Source: Octopus bimaculoides
Lineage: Eukaryota
Assembly (NCBI RefSeq): GCF_001194135.2
Contig: NC_068995.1
Span: forward strand, 2,137,661 to 2,201,660
Length of the DNA: 64,000 nucleotides
Direction: 5' to 3'
Below, piece after piece: positions 1-13,198 of this stretch. Every line of letters starts with the position of its first letter. Positions within the stretch are counted from its first letter, which is position 1. A program made the position numbers and the translations under genes. The notes below the pieces were generated by a model that was not told the origin of the DNA, did no database searches, and saw nothing but the letters and a program-made list of their open reading frames with translations.

Positions 1-885
1 GTGAAATCCCTTCTCTTGCAAGCATTTGGGTCATGTGTCTGGCTGGGGGATATATTCCGCCTTTCCTGGCACCAGTCTCTTGCAGAACATGGAAGAATAA
101 ACCATTGGTATTTGCATTTCCATTCCTAACTCTTTAAGACAAGAAATAGTAATCACTTTCACCATCACCATCATCACCATCACCATCATCATCACCGTTG
201 TTGTTCTCATCGTCGTCATTGCCATCATCACTATCATCATACCCTTCAGGACCACTAACAACAACAATACCACCATCATTTTCACCATCAGCATCATCAT
301 CAATGACCCCACCACCACCACCACCACCACCACCACCGTCACCCTCATTAACACAGTAGTTCTTATCATTGTTGTTATTGTTATTATTATCATCTTTATT
401 TTGGTGTTACATGTGATTTCTACATCGCAGCATGTGTTAGAAAGTTCTGGAACACGCCATATTTGCATGCGTCTTCATCTATTAGACTAAATGTCATGAT
501 ATAATTTGATAAAACCAATAAAACAATGATAAATAGAAACCAAGACAGAGATCTTAACCGTTGCATCGATCATCAACAGAGAGAGATGCCAGTTAATATA
601 TTATTCACGAAACAATTCCACAATGGTCTTTGGAAACGGTAAAACTTCTATCATTATTTACTTTTATATTTGTTTTTATATTATAATGGTGAAAAATAGC
701 AATGACGGTGGTCACAGGTTTCCGATGGACTAATCACTGATTCACAACATTTCTAACAGTGAGGGCGATAAGGGAGTGGTTGTTACGTGGTGCAGAACAA
801 ATATCATAGAACAATTGGTTCTTTCTTTCTCTTTTGTTTTCTTGAAAGATTCACACACACACACACATACACGCCCACACGCACG

Positions 886-931
<46 letters not shown>

Positions 932-939
932 CACAGATA

Positions 940-1380
940 CATGTGCTGGAGCACCACCTCTAGCCAAAAAAAATCGATCCCAGGATTTATTCTTTGTAAG
1001 CCTAATACTTATTCTATCAGTCTCTTTTGCTGAACTGCTAAGTTACAGGGACATACACACACTCGTGTCATTTTATCTATGTCCCCATGATTCAGCAATT
1101 CAGCAGATGAGACTGATAGATTATGTTCCAGATTTAGAATAAATGCTGTGGTTCAATTTGTTTGAACAGTGCTCCAGTATGATCACAATCCAAGTAAAAG
1201 AATATAAGAGATATTTGATAGGCTTCCACACAGTTTCCATTTGTCAAATTCCAGTCATAAAATATTGGCTGACTCAAGGCCATTGTAGAAGACACGTGCC
1301 CAAATACTGGCACATGGTGGGATCGAGCCTGGAAGCTTCTGATTGTAAAGACAATTTCTTCATCACACAGCCACCTTGTA
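940..1380 (-). mobile_element. Degraded OR/OK-like SINE (tail part ~940-1075, head part ~1215-1380)
   Basis: Homologous to both halves of 27727-28140. A + strand partial core follows at ~1503-1600. Confidence 0.6.
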
Positions 1381-1616
1381 GGATCTGCACAAACTAAATT
1401 TGATTACAAAGACAAATTGTTGAGAGGAAGGAAAGCAATTAATTAAGAATTATTCATTGCAAATATTGGAAAAGCAATAAATTAGAAACACAATTATCTG
1501 TACGGCACCTTGGGCAAGTGTCCTCTACTCTAGCCCCTTACCAACCAATAGTTTACGAGTAAATTTGATTGTCAGAAACTGTATGGAAGCCTGTTATATG
1601 TGTGTGTGTTTGTATG

Positions 1617-1655
<39 letters not shown>

Positions 1656-2757
1656 GTGTGTGTGTGTGTGCTGTTGAGAGGAAGCAAAGCAATTAATTCC
1701 AAATCGTTCATTGTAAATATTGCAAAAACAATAAATTTGAAACACTCTTGTAATTATTGGATTAGCCAAATCTATAGATCACCGATTCTTTTGCTTCTTG
1801 GTCACATCTTTCTTAGTTCTGAATCCAGTTCCACCAAAGTTCATTTTACCTTTTATCCACCTGGGAGAGATAAAACAGAATATCAGTGAAATACTGGGGG
1901 TAAATTCCAACTTCCCACCTCTGTGATGTTTGTGGCTTGGCACCGATTTAAGAAACAAAATTTTGCAAGTTTCATTTAAAAAGGAAAGGGAGAGTAGGGA
2001 GTGGAGACACACCATAGGCTGGGCCAGAATTATTATCATCATCATCATCCAGTGTTTTAAACCTGGGTTTTGTCCCTGTTAACTGGGGTGGCCAGATCTA
2101 CCTCAATGCCATAGCAAACCAAGGTAGGTGCAGTCTACCCCAATCTTTGGGTTGGCTGGTGTCCATCCCCCATTGTTATCATGAGGCTTTTTTGGAGCTG
2201 GATTTTCTACCGGGAGCATGCCAAAATGTTTAGATGCATTTGTTCCAACTCTCAGCATTCTGAGTTCAAATTCTGCCGAGGTCAACTTTATTTTACATCT
2301 TTTCAGGATTGATAACATAAAGCACTAATCAAGTACCCCTCAAAATTGCAGGCCTTGTGTCAAAATTTGAAACCATTATTATCATTATTATTAACGAAAG
2401 CTGACCAGTGGCTAAACAACAACCACACCATCTGCCTGTGTTTAAAGCATTACCACCTATCTTTCCTTTAATGTATTTTATTTGACCAGAAGCAAGTCCC
2501 CAGCTTATTTACCTTACAGGAAATATTTCTTAGTTTCTCCTATAATTAATCAATATAGGAAAGATGGAGGGGGGGATTTATTGATTTTTTTTTCTCTCTT
2601 GTCTGTAGACCACACCTAGTGAAACCTCTTTGTCTTCACCATAACTCAAGATCTACAGAAACTAAGCTGTCTATTCTTAGCAGATTACTACTTCATTCAT
2701 CAGCCTCAACACACACACACACCCATGTATATATTTATGTATACATGTGTGTGTGTA

Positions 2758-2798
<41 letters not shown>

Positions 2799-3279
2799 NN
2801 NNNNNNNNNNNNNNNNNNNNNNNNNNNNNNNNNNNNNNNNNNNNNNNNNNNNNNNNNNNNNNNNNNNNNNNNNNNNNNNNNNNNNNNNNNNNNNNNNNNN
2901 NNNNNNNNNNNNNNNNNNNNNNNNNNNNNNNNNNNNNNNNNNNNNNNNNNNNNNNNNNNNNNNNNNNNNNNNNNNNNNNNNNNNNNNNNNNNNNNNNNNN
3001 NNNNNNNNNNNNNNNNNNNNNNNNNNNNNNNNNNNNNNNNNNNNNNNNNNNNNNNNNNNNNNNNNNNNNNNNNNNNNNNNNNNNNNNNNNNNNNNNNNNN
3101 NNNNNNNNNNNNNNNNNNNNNNNNNNNNNNNNNNNNNNNNNNNNNNNNNNNNNNNNNNNNNNNNNNNNNNNNNNNNNNNNNNNNNNNNNNNNNNNNNNNN
3201 NNNNNNNNNNNNNNNNNNNNNNNNNNNNNNNNNNNNNNNNNNNNNNNNNNNNNNNNNNNNNNNNNNNNNNNNNNNNNNN

Positions 3280-3340
<61 letters not shown>

Positions 3341-3557
3341 CTATTTACGTGTGTATATGTATATATATGTGTGTTTATAATATGTGTGTGTGTGTGTATT
3401 ATAAGATACATATGGTTGTATGCTTTTAAGTATAAATCATAAGTCGTTTTATTAATAGAGTGTTGTTTACTAAGTGGGAGTACACCGCATACGATACGGT
3501 AGGGAGAGGAAAGAGGGGTGTGTATAACGTATAACATTGCCCATATATCATGGGATG

Positions 3558-3606
<49 letters not shown>

Positions 3607-3794
3607 AAACAGGGTGTATATATCATGCTGTGATCTTTATAGATCTAGTTGGGCAGGGGGGGGGTACTTTCAGTATTGTTGTTTTCTGTTACTCAAACAT
3701 CAATTTCAGTGAAACAATAAACAAAGCATTTTCAATGACAATCTAACGTGTTAATAAATTATGTATAAATTGTGATATTCATAGTGAGAATATA

Positions 3795-3808
3795 AAAGCG
3801 TATTGATA

Positions 3809-3839
<31 letters not shown>

Positions 3840-3956
3840 TAATAATGATAATAATAATAGTAACAATAATGATAATGATAATAAAATTGATGATGTGAAC
3901 ATTTTACAGTATATTTGTTTGATAGTCATCATTATCATCACTATTATTATTATCAA

Positions 3957-3995
<39 letters not shown>

Positions 3996-4081
3996 CATCA
4001 TTATTATTATTATCATTATTATTATTATCATCATTATCATCATTATTATCATTATTATCATTATCATTATTATTATTATTA

Positions 4082-4119
<38 letters not shown>

Positions 4120-4120
4120 T
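3795..4120. repeat. (AAT)n/(ATT)n compound microsatellite
   Basis: Direct reading. Similar tracts at ~24975-25245, 51885-52000 and 52410-52515. Confidence 0.95.
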
Positions 4121-4337
4121 AGTCTTATTCTTATTATGTGCTTTCACTGCACTACTGAGTGCAGCTCTGTGTGCCTTGGGTACGTGCTGTGCTTTGTTGT
4201 GGTGTTGCTATTTTCACTGTATTGAAAGCGTTTTACACAGGATGCGTGCGGTGCCTAGTAGTGCTATTATCTGTATGTTATATATATTCGTAAGTCATGA
4301 TGTTTCTGTTATGTATTTGTTTGTATGTTTTTTTTTT

Positions 4338-4700
4338 GTTGGGATTGATACATCAATTAGAAGACATTTTTGTTTTTGATGATCTCTGACAACTATATCT
4401 GGTCTATTAGCCTTGATCTTTCTATGTGTGTGTTTTGGCATATCCCAGAGTATAATTGCTTTGTCATTTTATGACAGCTTTCCTGAGGTGTGCCTATGCC
4501 TTTTTTTTTTCTGTTATCATTCCATAGCATTGGCATAGCTTCCAGTGTATATAGGTCCCAATTCTGTCATGTCTGTGAATATATTCCTTTTTAGCCGGGG
4601 CTGGGCAGCCAGAGACAATATGATTTATTGTTTCTTCCCCATCACCACATATTCTGCAGTTACTTATTGTATTTTTCTTAAGTTTCAACACATTTGGTTC
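4338..4700 (-). mobile_element. R4/Dong-clade non-LTR retrotransposon fragment (CCHC knuckle plus restriction-like endonuclease)
   Basis: Minus translation CRICGDGEETINHIVSGCP...KKEYIHRHDRIGTYIHWKLC, then after a frameshift ILWDMP...KIKANRPDIVVRD...CLLIDVSIP (PD-(D/E)xK-type RLE motif). Confidence 0.85.
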
Positions 4701-4759
4701 ATCACAACGACTACACACAGTGAAATGTTGTATTTTGTTGATTTTTGTGAGCCCCACCT

Positions 4760-4968
4760 GACTGGCTCCTGTGCTGGTGGCATGTAAAACGCACTCGATA
4801 CACTCTTGGAGTGGTTGGCATTAGGAAGGGCATCCAGCTGTAGAAACCTTGCCTGATCAGATTGGAGCCTGGTGCAGCCTTCTGGCTCACCAGACCTCAG
4901 TCGAACCGTCCAACCCATGCCAGCATGGAAAGCAGACATTAAACAATAATGATGATGATGATGATGAT
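4760..4968 (+). mobile_element. RTE-type tail element
   Basis: Same tail ending CCAACCCATGCCAGCATGGAAAGCAGACATTAAAC(A/G)AT repeats. Other degraded copies at ~6310-6470(-), 14740-14920(-), 15490-15830(-), 26270-26440(+), 29050-29460, 47420-47610(-), 50430-50570(-), 53390-53600(-) and 61450-61597(+). Confidence 0.8.
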
Positions 4969-5089
4969 GTTCATAACATATCAATGGTTGTTAGTGAACA
5001 CCCCCACCAAAACCGTGCTTGTTCACACGTGTCAGGTTTCTGTTTAATTATTTGGTGACTCTGGCTGTTGCATTCTTAGGGAGTAACTT

Positions 5090-5330
5090 AAAGGGCATTT
5101 AAAACATTTGGTCTTTTCTGTCCCCTTTATTCTGTGTAGTAGAATGAGTATCATATTATATCAACTTCTAGGGACTTTGTTTCCCTCGGAATGAGCATCG
5201 AAGAGTTTGGCAAATTCGTCAAATATAATAGCTTTTACCGCATCTTTTTTAAAACATCAGGGGTGTTGTTCTGTCTCAAGGCTTTAAGTCTCTTCAGTCG
5301 TTTGACTATGAGTTCTACTACATCATCATC
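5090..5330 (-). mobile_element. Highly decayed LINE pre-RT fragment
   Basis: Minus ALRQNNTPDVLK.../...FAKLFDAHSEGNKVPRS*YNMILILLHRIKG loosely matches the L..F...G.IP..W..A.IILLHKKGD region of LINE ORF2. Confidence 0.35.
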
Positions 5331-5356
5331 ATCGTCGTTGTCATCATCGCCATCAA

Positions 5357-5387
<31 letters not shown>

Positions 5388-5421
5388 GTCATCACCGCCA
5401 TCATTGTCATCATCATCATCA

Positions 5422-5502
5422 TCTTCCATACTGACATGGATAAGACTGAAACGTATTGTTTAATTTCTAGAACTTGTAACCCCAATCATTGTGTGATACT
5501 GC
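5422..5502 (+). repeat. 81-bp near-identical duplicate of 19922-20002
   Basis: TCTTCCATACTGACATGGATAAGACTGAAACGTATTGTTTAATTTCTAGAACTTGTAACCCCAATC... with two mismatches; both copies follow (CAT)n. Confidence 0.85.
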
Positions 5503-6101
5503 CTTCTGTTACTGGAATACAACTCCTTTGGCAAAACTTCAGACATTGCAAGATCCTAATTCATGTATTCTATGACCATTCCATTTGTCTCTTTTAAACA
5601 TTTTCATTTGCGTTTTCCATTCGTTATTTCTCAAACAATTCCTTTAATGTTCCTATTTCACCCTATTTCACTAACCACTGCAGTCCAATGTATTATAATG
5701 ACTACTACGACCCAGTTTCCCTCTCCCCCACCAAACCATCTTTTGCCACCACCATAATTCTTACACCCCCCTGTTTCTCTACTCAAGCCACACCCCTTTT
5801 CTATGGTGCATCAATACTGCATCCTTCATTTACAAACTCCAAATAGAAGATTGCCTTTGGCAGTTTCTAGTTAAATATTCTGACATGCCCTGCTCGAAGC
5901 ATTTACATATTCTTCAGCATATAAACACACACACACACACACACACATACATATATACATTCATATGTATACACACACACACACATACATATATACATTC
6001 ATATGTATACACATACACACACATTTATATATATAAAACCATGCTGCACAGCACACAGTGCTATATATATATTTCAAACAATACAATACGATATGCAATA
6101 C

Positions 6102-6133
<32 letters not shown>

Positions 6134-6524
6134 TACTGGGTGGTCGCTAGAAAAGCTGAAAATTCGTGAAATGCTGATATATGTTTTCACAAGATCTATT
6201 TAAGGTAAACAATAAGCATAAAATTTTCCGCTTTTTTAGCAACCACCATGTATGTATATATATATGTGTGTATGTGTGTGTATTATACACCGTCATGATC
6301 ATGATCATCACCACCGTCATTTACCATTCACTTTCCATAGTGGTATGGGTTGGATTGCTTAACTGGATCTGGTGTACCTCAAGGTTGCATCGGGCTCCAA
6401 TGTCATCTTTCACATGGTTTCTACAGCTGGATGCCATTCCTAATGTCAACCACTTCACACAGTGTAATTATATATGTATATAACAAACAACACTATTTAA
6501 TACAATGACATATATAATATATAT

Positions 6525-6603
<79 letters not shown>

Positions 6604-7340
6604 TGCATACATACATATAAGTTAAGTACATATATATATAAATAAATATATTCATATAGCAATAAGTATATATATATATATATATGTGGGGGGAGGTATG
6701 TGTGTGTGCATATATGCATGTGTATATTGAGTGTGTGTGTGTTTTTATGATTGAGATGTTATTTCTGCAAGGTAAAAAGAAAAAGATAAAACAACACCCC
6801 AAAAAAGACAAGAAACTGTATACACCTACAGAGAGTATCAATGAAATCATTGATTGACGAGAAGTAGCAAATCCCTAATTAATCAATTATATTTGTAATT
6901 TTAGTCCATAGCTTAATTGCTTTCGTTGCTATGTGCACCGCTTGGTTGCTTGGTAAGCATCATAGAATTAGTGTGAGCTGGAAAGTGTGAGAAATAAAAA
7001 TAAAATAAAATATATATATATATATATATATATANNNNNNNNNNNNNNNNNNNNNNNNNNNNNNNNNNNNNNNNNNNNNNNNNNNNNNNNNNNNNNNNNN
7101 NNNNNNNNNNNNNNNNNNNNNNNNATATATGTATATATGCATATAGATATAAATAAATAAGTACAAACCTACCAGATACACTAAACTGACTTGACTATTC
7201 AATAAGCAAGAACTTGTTTTGCCTTCTCACTCAACTACCTGCAATATACCCCACGCACATGTGTGGGATGGAAATGCATAGCTGTGTGTGTGTGTATGCT
7301 CATAAGACACACACACATACATATAAGACATATATATATA

Positions 7341-7371
<31 letters not shown>

Positions 7372-7435
7372 GACATACATATATAAGACATATATATATA
7401 TATATGTATATATGACATATATGTCTATGTGTGTG

Positions 7436-7474
<39 letters not shown>

Positions 7475-7666
7475 GTACATATATGTGTNNNNNNNNNNTG
7501 TGTGTGTGTGTATATATATAAATATGAGACATCTATATATATATGACATATATATATATATATATATGTATACATACACACACACATATATGTATACATG
7601 TATATATATATTATATGTATATCATTCATATACATATACTCTTACATTCATATATATGAATTGAAC

Positions 7667-7701
<35 letters not shown>

Positions 7702-7792
7702 ACATGCATTTATGTACAGATAATCCACCAGTCCAAAAGTGAAAAAATAAAAAATTTTCTCCATCTCTGTCTTTCTCTCTCTGTCCTTTCAT

Positions 7793-7832
<40 letters not shown>

Positions 7833-8371
7833 CCTCTCTCTCTCTCTCTCTCTCTGTATATAGTGAATGGATATAGGGAATGTGGGATAAATGATGTAGA
7901 GGCTTCTAAAATCGAATTAACAACTTCCCTTGACAAAAGCAGAACAACAGCGACAACAACAATAGTAACACTGTTCTTCTTAATAATAGTAATAATAATA
8001 AAAGCAACCCCTCCACCCCCGCCTCCTGCATCTCCTGAAAAAGACAAAAAAAGAAGAAGAAAAAGAAGCAAGGTTAGCATGAATAGATTTAAACAGGTAA
8101 ACTGTGTAGTGTGAAGTTGTTTAGGCGGCAGAATAACAGAATCGATTTTATTGAGTGTTTCATTGAATGTATCGTGTATTGGGTCAAAGCAATCCTTCAT
8201 AGATGCTGGCTTTACAAACCCTTTGTTCACTGGTCGCATGTGATGGTCGTTGCTGGTCACTGTTCGTAGCTGTAGGCCTTTACCAAGTGCTAACTATTGC
8301 TGACTATCGACTTTATCAACTACACAATTTTCATTTTCGTTTCTATGGCACTGGTATTTTGCTGCTTGTGA

Positions 8372-8561
8372 AGGCATGTGGCTTAGCGGCTGGAGTAATC
8401 GGCTCACGATCTTTAGGTCACGGGTTCAATTCCTGACAGTGCATTGTGCCCTTGAGCAAGACAATTTATTTCACATTGCTCCAGTTCACTCTGCTGGCAG
8501 AAATGAGTTGTACCTGTAATTAAAATGGGTCAATCTTGTCATTCTCTTTGTCATGCTGAAT
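8372..8561 (+). mobile_element. tRNA-derived SINE, third family (V/CORE-like TGTGCCCTTGAGCAAGAC segment)
   Basis: A box TGGCTTAGCGG, B box GGGTTCAATTCC, followed by GTGCCCTTGAGCAAGACAATTTATTTCAC. Confidence 0.7.
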
Positions 8562-8930
8562 CATCATCATCATTGTTTAACGTCCGTTTTCCATGCTGGC
8601 ATGCGTTGGTCGGTTTGACTGAGGCTGCACCAGGCTCCAATCTGATCTGGCAAGGTTTCCACAGCTGGATGCTCTTCCTAACACCAACCACTCTGAGAGT
8701 GTAGTGGATACTTTTTACATGCACCGGCATGGGAGCCAGTCAGGTGGCACTGGCATTGACCATATTCAGATGGTGGTTTTTATGTGTCACTGGCACAAGA
8801 GCCACTCAGGTGGGGGACTGGCATTGACATTTTTACATGCCACCAGCACAGGGAGCCAGTCAAGCAGCACTGGCATCGGCCCACGCTTGAATGATACTTA
8901 TTACATGCCACCATTCCCTGTAATTGGGAA
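8562..8930 (-). mobile_element. RTE-type tail element with tandem subrepeats
   Basis: (CAT)n-GTTTAACGTCCGTTTTCCATGCTGGCATG...GGATGCTCTTCCTAACACCAACCAC, then three TTTTACATGCCACC..GAGCCAGTC..CACTGGCAT units. Confidence 0.8.
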
Positions 8931-11658
8931 GCAAACTTCTTACCACTCAGCCACATCCTCACCTATACAAATCCTATAACAATAGATCACCATTGTCCAG
9001 TCTCACAAATCAAGAATCTACAGACAGCTTGTATCGAGTGTCACAAATCTTATAAACTAGTTGATGTCTAATATCTTCTGTCCTCCATCTCACAATGAAT
9101 GTCTATCCTTTTCCATAAAGTAACTGGCACCATCCAGTCCTACAACCACATTCAACATGCTACCCATTATTCCAGCTCTCAGTACCATCGTTTCTAATAA
9201 CCAAGAATCAATACCATTCCATTGTTTAATCTCTTAGAACACTATCGAGCTAATACTCCGTACATTATCACACCAGCAACCTCCATCTTCCTATAATGAT
9301 GGCCTCTAGAAGTGTTATCCCTACTGACAACTGGGCTGTGCCTGGTTCAGCAAGATCCAGTGAATTTAGTCCATATTGGAGAGACTGCTTGCTGGCTACG
9401 GTGATAAAAATCACAAGTTATTATATATTGATCTTATAAACTTCCCCTTCTGTTATCTGTCTTCTATCAGTTCGAGTGAGGTCATTCAGTGAGCTATTTT
9501 ATTGCAGTTTTAACAAGTAAGATAATTGAATCAAGGCTATAATTTCTACCCAGTAAGTTAATCCATGCCAGAGAATTTGGCAGTAATATTCACCATTGTA
9601 TTAACTGTGTGTCACCCACTCTCTCCCTCTCTCTCTCTTTCTTAGAGGGAGAACAATTATTGACTTGTAAAAGGAAGCTGTTGATGTTTATTTCAAACCC
9701 ATCCTATCAATACTTTAATAGATCAATCAATCTATCAATAAAGACACTACGATAAATGAACTAGGAGAGAAGAAGCGAAACACCAGCAAACACACCAAAA
9801 ACAAGCAACTGATAACAATGATGATGATGATATATGATGATGATGATGATGATGATGATGATATATGATGATGATGATGATGATGACGACGATGATGATG
9901 ATGATGACGATGATGATGATGAGGATAAACTAAATAAACATGAACTCTACTTCCAGCTTCCTCTCCCAGTTCGGCAAACTTTGTCTTTTTCTGGCAGCAG
10001 CCGTAATCATAAAGCCATAAATTTGGTTATTTCTCTGTTGGCAGCCATGTTTGTATCTGAAATTTTTCTCCAAAATCTCACATCTAATCATTGTTTGCAA
10101 ACCTTGTGTCACATATTCAGTGTTGAGGGTTAATGGTTATAGTTAAGGTCGGGGGTGAGGTTTTTTTTTGGTGGGGAAGGGTTATAGTTACCGACTGACC
10201 GTGTCACATTCTGTGGGGGGATTATCAGCGTCGTTATTGGCAGAATTGTTTGAACATCAGAGAAAATGCCTTGTGACATTTGTTCTTGCTCCGAGTTCAA
10301 ATCCTATCAAGGTCAAGACTTGCCTTTCATTTTTTTTTTTGTTGTTTTTTTGAGTGTCAATGAAATAAAGTACCAGTTAAGCATGAGACTCAACGGCATC
10401 TACAAACACCCTCCCCTCAAAATAGGTGGCCTTGTAACCTAAATCAGGAACCATTTGCATATAACACCATTTCACTTTATTTATATCAGTGATTGAAAAA
10501 CTGCTGTTGTTGTTGTTGTTGAGTCCCAAGTCAAACCTGGTCCAGCAGACCCATGATCCAAGTCAATCCAGACATGATCATCTCATCTTTCGGTGGTGGT
10601 GGTGGGATGAGTATCTAGGATTGTATTATTCTAATAATTTACCCCCTTTCATTAAGATGGTTGTGTGTGATTTGAAAAAGAGGAAGAGAAAGATTTTGCT
10701 GCTATTTCTAGCAGATGAAACGACCACATAGAGGCACAATCCTAATGGAGAATTAACGAATTAATGTGTAATTGATGCATAATTAAGGAATTAATGAATT
10801 ATGAGTGATATGTCAAACATGTCTCTAGGCCTAAAGAAACATATCTCCCTCGTCAGCTTATCACCATGAAATTGTACAAAGTAGATAAGTGAAACCTAAC
10901 TTCTGGGATGACATGACAAACACCTGTAGGCAACTTTCCCAGATACTTAACTGCCTGACAAAGAGTGGCACATTGAAGTTGGTGGAGGAGCTCAGGTTGT
11001 GTCTGTTCATAAGCTTTTTACGTGACACCAGCACGATTTTATGTGTGTATACATACATACATAAATATATATTTATATTGAGAAAAAAAAGTTGTCAGAA
11101 TTTTGGAAAAAAAACTTTTTGTAATTCTTCATTATTATTAACGCTTTCATTCTTCTCTAGAACTTGTCAAATAAAATTTTGTGAATGTACAAACAACTTG
11201 TTCATTTATACAAAATGGATGGTTTTTTTTGGGGGGGGGGTGTTTAGAAGAGAAACCATTATAATATAGTGGTTGAGTATTCCATAGTCAAGTACTGGTT
11301 AGGCAAGAAAATAAGTTTTTTATTTTGAGATTTCTTTCAAAGACCAATAACTATTGCAGCAGCAACAACAACAACAAACAACAATAATAGCTACAACAAC
11401 AACAGTGGCAGCAGTTGAAGCTGCAGACATACAACTGCGAGATAACCGTGTGTGGCTCTGTATGTTTGGCAGTCAGACTGTGCAGGTTTGTGCTGCTGGC
11501 TGCATGTGTGGCTGTGAGACCAGACCTAATGTCTCTCGTTTCAACACTTTGTGCAGTGTGAGGGACGCATCAGTGATCACACAACGATCAAAGCCAAATC
11601 ATTCCACAGAATAAACTCATTTAACCAATTCTTTCTGCAATCATTTGTTTTCCTGCAG

Positions 11659-11706
11659 CAGGAATGTTCTGGAAGGTGCACAGGTGGGGGCAGAGGAACA
11701 GAAGGA
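11659..11706 (+). CDS. Candidate 48-nt exon upstream of the Zn-finger exon (RNVLEGAQVGAEEQK-E), NAGNAG acceptor
   Basis: Acceptor catttgttttcctgCAGCAG and donor GGA|gtaagt. Length is a multiple of 3 (48 or 45 nt). The phase-2 reading ends in GA, which joins the leading A of exon 22210 to give GAA (Glu) in frame. Confidence 0.5.
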
Positions 11707-12199
11707 GTAAGTTAAAAGCCACACATGCACGTGCAAACACACACACTCACAAACACATTCATACACATGCAGTCACACACACACACATGCACACACTCTC
11801 ACATTCATACACATACTCACACACATGCATGCACACACACACACACATTCACAGACACCTGCACACACTCACACACACATACACACACGTGCACACACAC
11901 ATGTATAAAGTTGGTGAGGGAATAATAATTGGTCAACATGTAGGACCACTGAACCATCTCACAACAACAGCCAACCAAGTGTTTTGTTTAGAATTCCAAT
12001 TTCTAACACTTTTGGAAGAAGATGAGTTACAGTGGCTCTCTAGTCAGAGTGTTGGATTGGTTATATGGGGCATCTACGGTGTTCCACACCAAACTTGTTA
12101 ATGTACAGATGAGTTCTGTTAGTATGTTCAGGTTGTCCATACAACACTGCTGCTGTTGTTTCCTGTTACATATAGCTATACATACATACATACATACAT

Positions 12200-12232
<33 letters not shown>

Positions 12233-12713
12233 NNNNNNNNNNNNNNNNNNNNNNNTGTAGTCTGTCGATTTATAAAATATAATTTCCAGAACTAGACACA
12301 GGACGTCCACCCGAAAGGCAGCACGTGTAGAGTTCTACAAATTACATTCAGTGTATCCTTTCAAATGTCTTCAATCTGGCGCGCTAAGTCCGGAAATAAC
12401 TCTGCAGTTAATAAATTTTTGCAGCTAATTTACCGATTTGAGAACATCATTATTTAAAATTTATTAATAAGAGTAGAAATTGATATTAATCAATTAAAAC
12501 CAGTGGTCTAGCATATTAAAAAAATCCGAAGATTAAAATTATATTACATACAAAAATAAGAGGAATGACCAGCAAAAGTGGACTCCTATATGCTAGAAAT
12601 AGATGCCAAATCATCTAACCACGAAGAATATGTTCTCACTAAAAATTTAGCGACACAACAGACTGCAAAAGGGTAAGACAAATGAAAAAATATTAAATAA
12701 AAAATCGATTAAC

Positions 12714-12778
12714 CTACGTACCATGGTTTCACCTGTTAATATTTACATAAGTAAATATCTGCAGGATCATCAGCGTAG
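12714..12778 (-). ncRNA. Type I hammerhead ribozyme (intact copy)
   Basis: Minus strand reads CUACG-CUGAUGA-U CCUG cag AUAUUUAC UUAU GUAAAUAU uaa CAGG U-GAAA-CCAUGG-UA/CGUAG. Stem I CUACG/CGUAG; extended stem II; palindromic stem III ACCAUGGU; GUA cleavage triplet, predicted cut between 12719 and 12718. Confidence 0.85.
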
Positions 12779-12969
12779 TCTGTCAATTTCTCAAACCGGT
12801 AAATTAGCTGCAAAAATTTATTAACTGCAGAGTTATTTACGGACTTAGCGCGCCAGAGTGAAGACATTTGAAAGGATACACTGAATGTAATTTGTAGAAC
12901 TCTACACGTGCTCCATTGCGGGTGGACGTCTTGTGTCTAGTTCTGGGAATTATTTCTCAAATCGACTGA

Positions 12970-13034
12970 CCACGCTGATGATCCAGCAGATATTTACTTA
13001 TGTAAATTTTAAAAGGTGAAACCATGGTACGTAG
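12970..13034 (+). ncRNA. Type I hammerhead ribozyme (partly decayed copy)
   Basis: CCACG-CUGAUGA(12975-81)-UCCAGCAG AUAUUUAC UUAU GUAAAUUU UAAAAGGU-GAAA(13018-21)-CCAUGG-UA/CGUAG. Core intact; mismatches in stems I and II relative to the minus copy. Confidence 0.75.
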
Positions 13035-13198
13035 GTTAATCGTTTTTCATTTAGTATTCTTTCATTTGTTTTGCCCTTTTACAGTCTGTTGTGTCACTAA
13101 ATTTTTTACTGAGAACATATTTTTTCGTGGTTAGATGATTCGGCATCTATCTCTAGCATATAGGAGTCCACATTTGTTGGTCATCCCTCTTATTTTTG

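Noticed and set aside
7863-8260. Overlapping ORFs (ATPPPPPPASPEKDKKRRRKR on +; MTSNDHH...IDSVILPPKQ on -)
   Set aside because: Partly low-complexity, no polypyrimidine acceptor, no recognisable domain.
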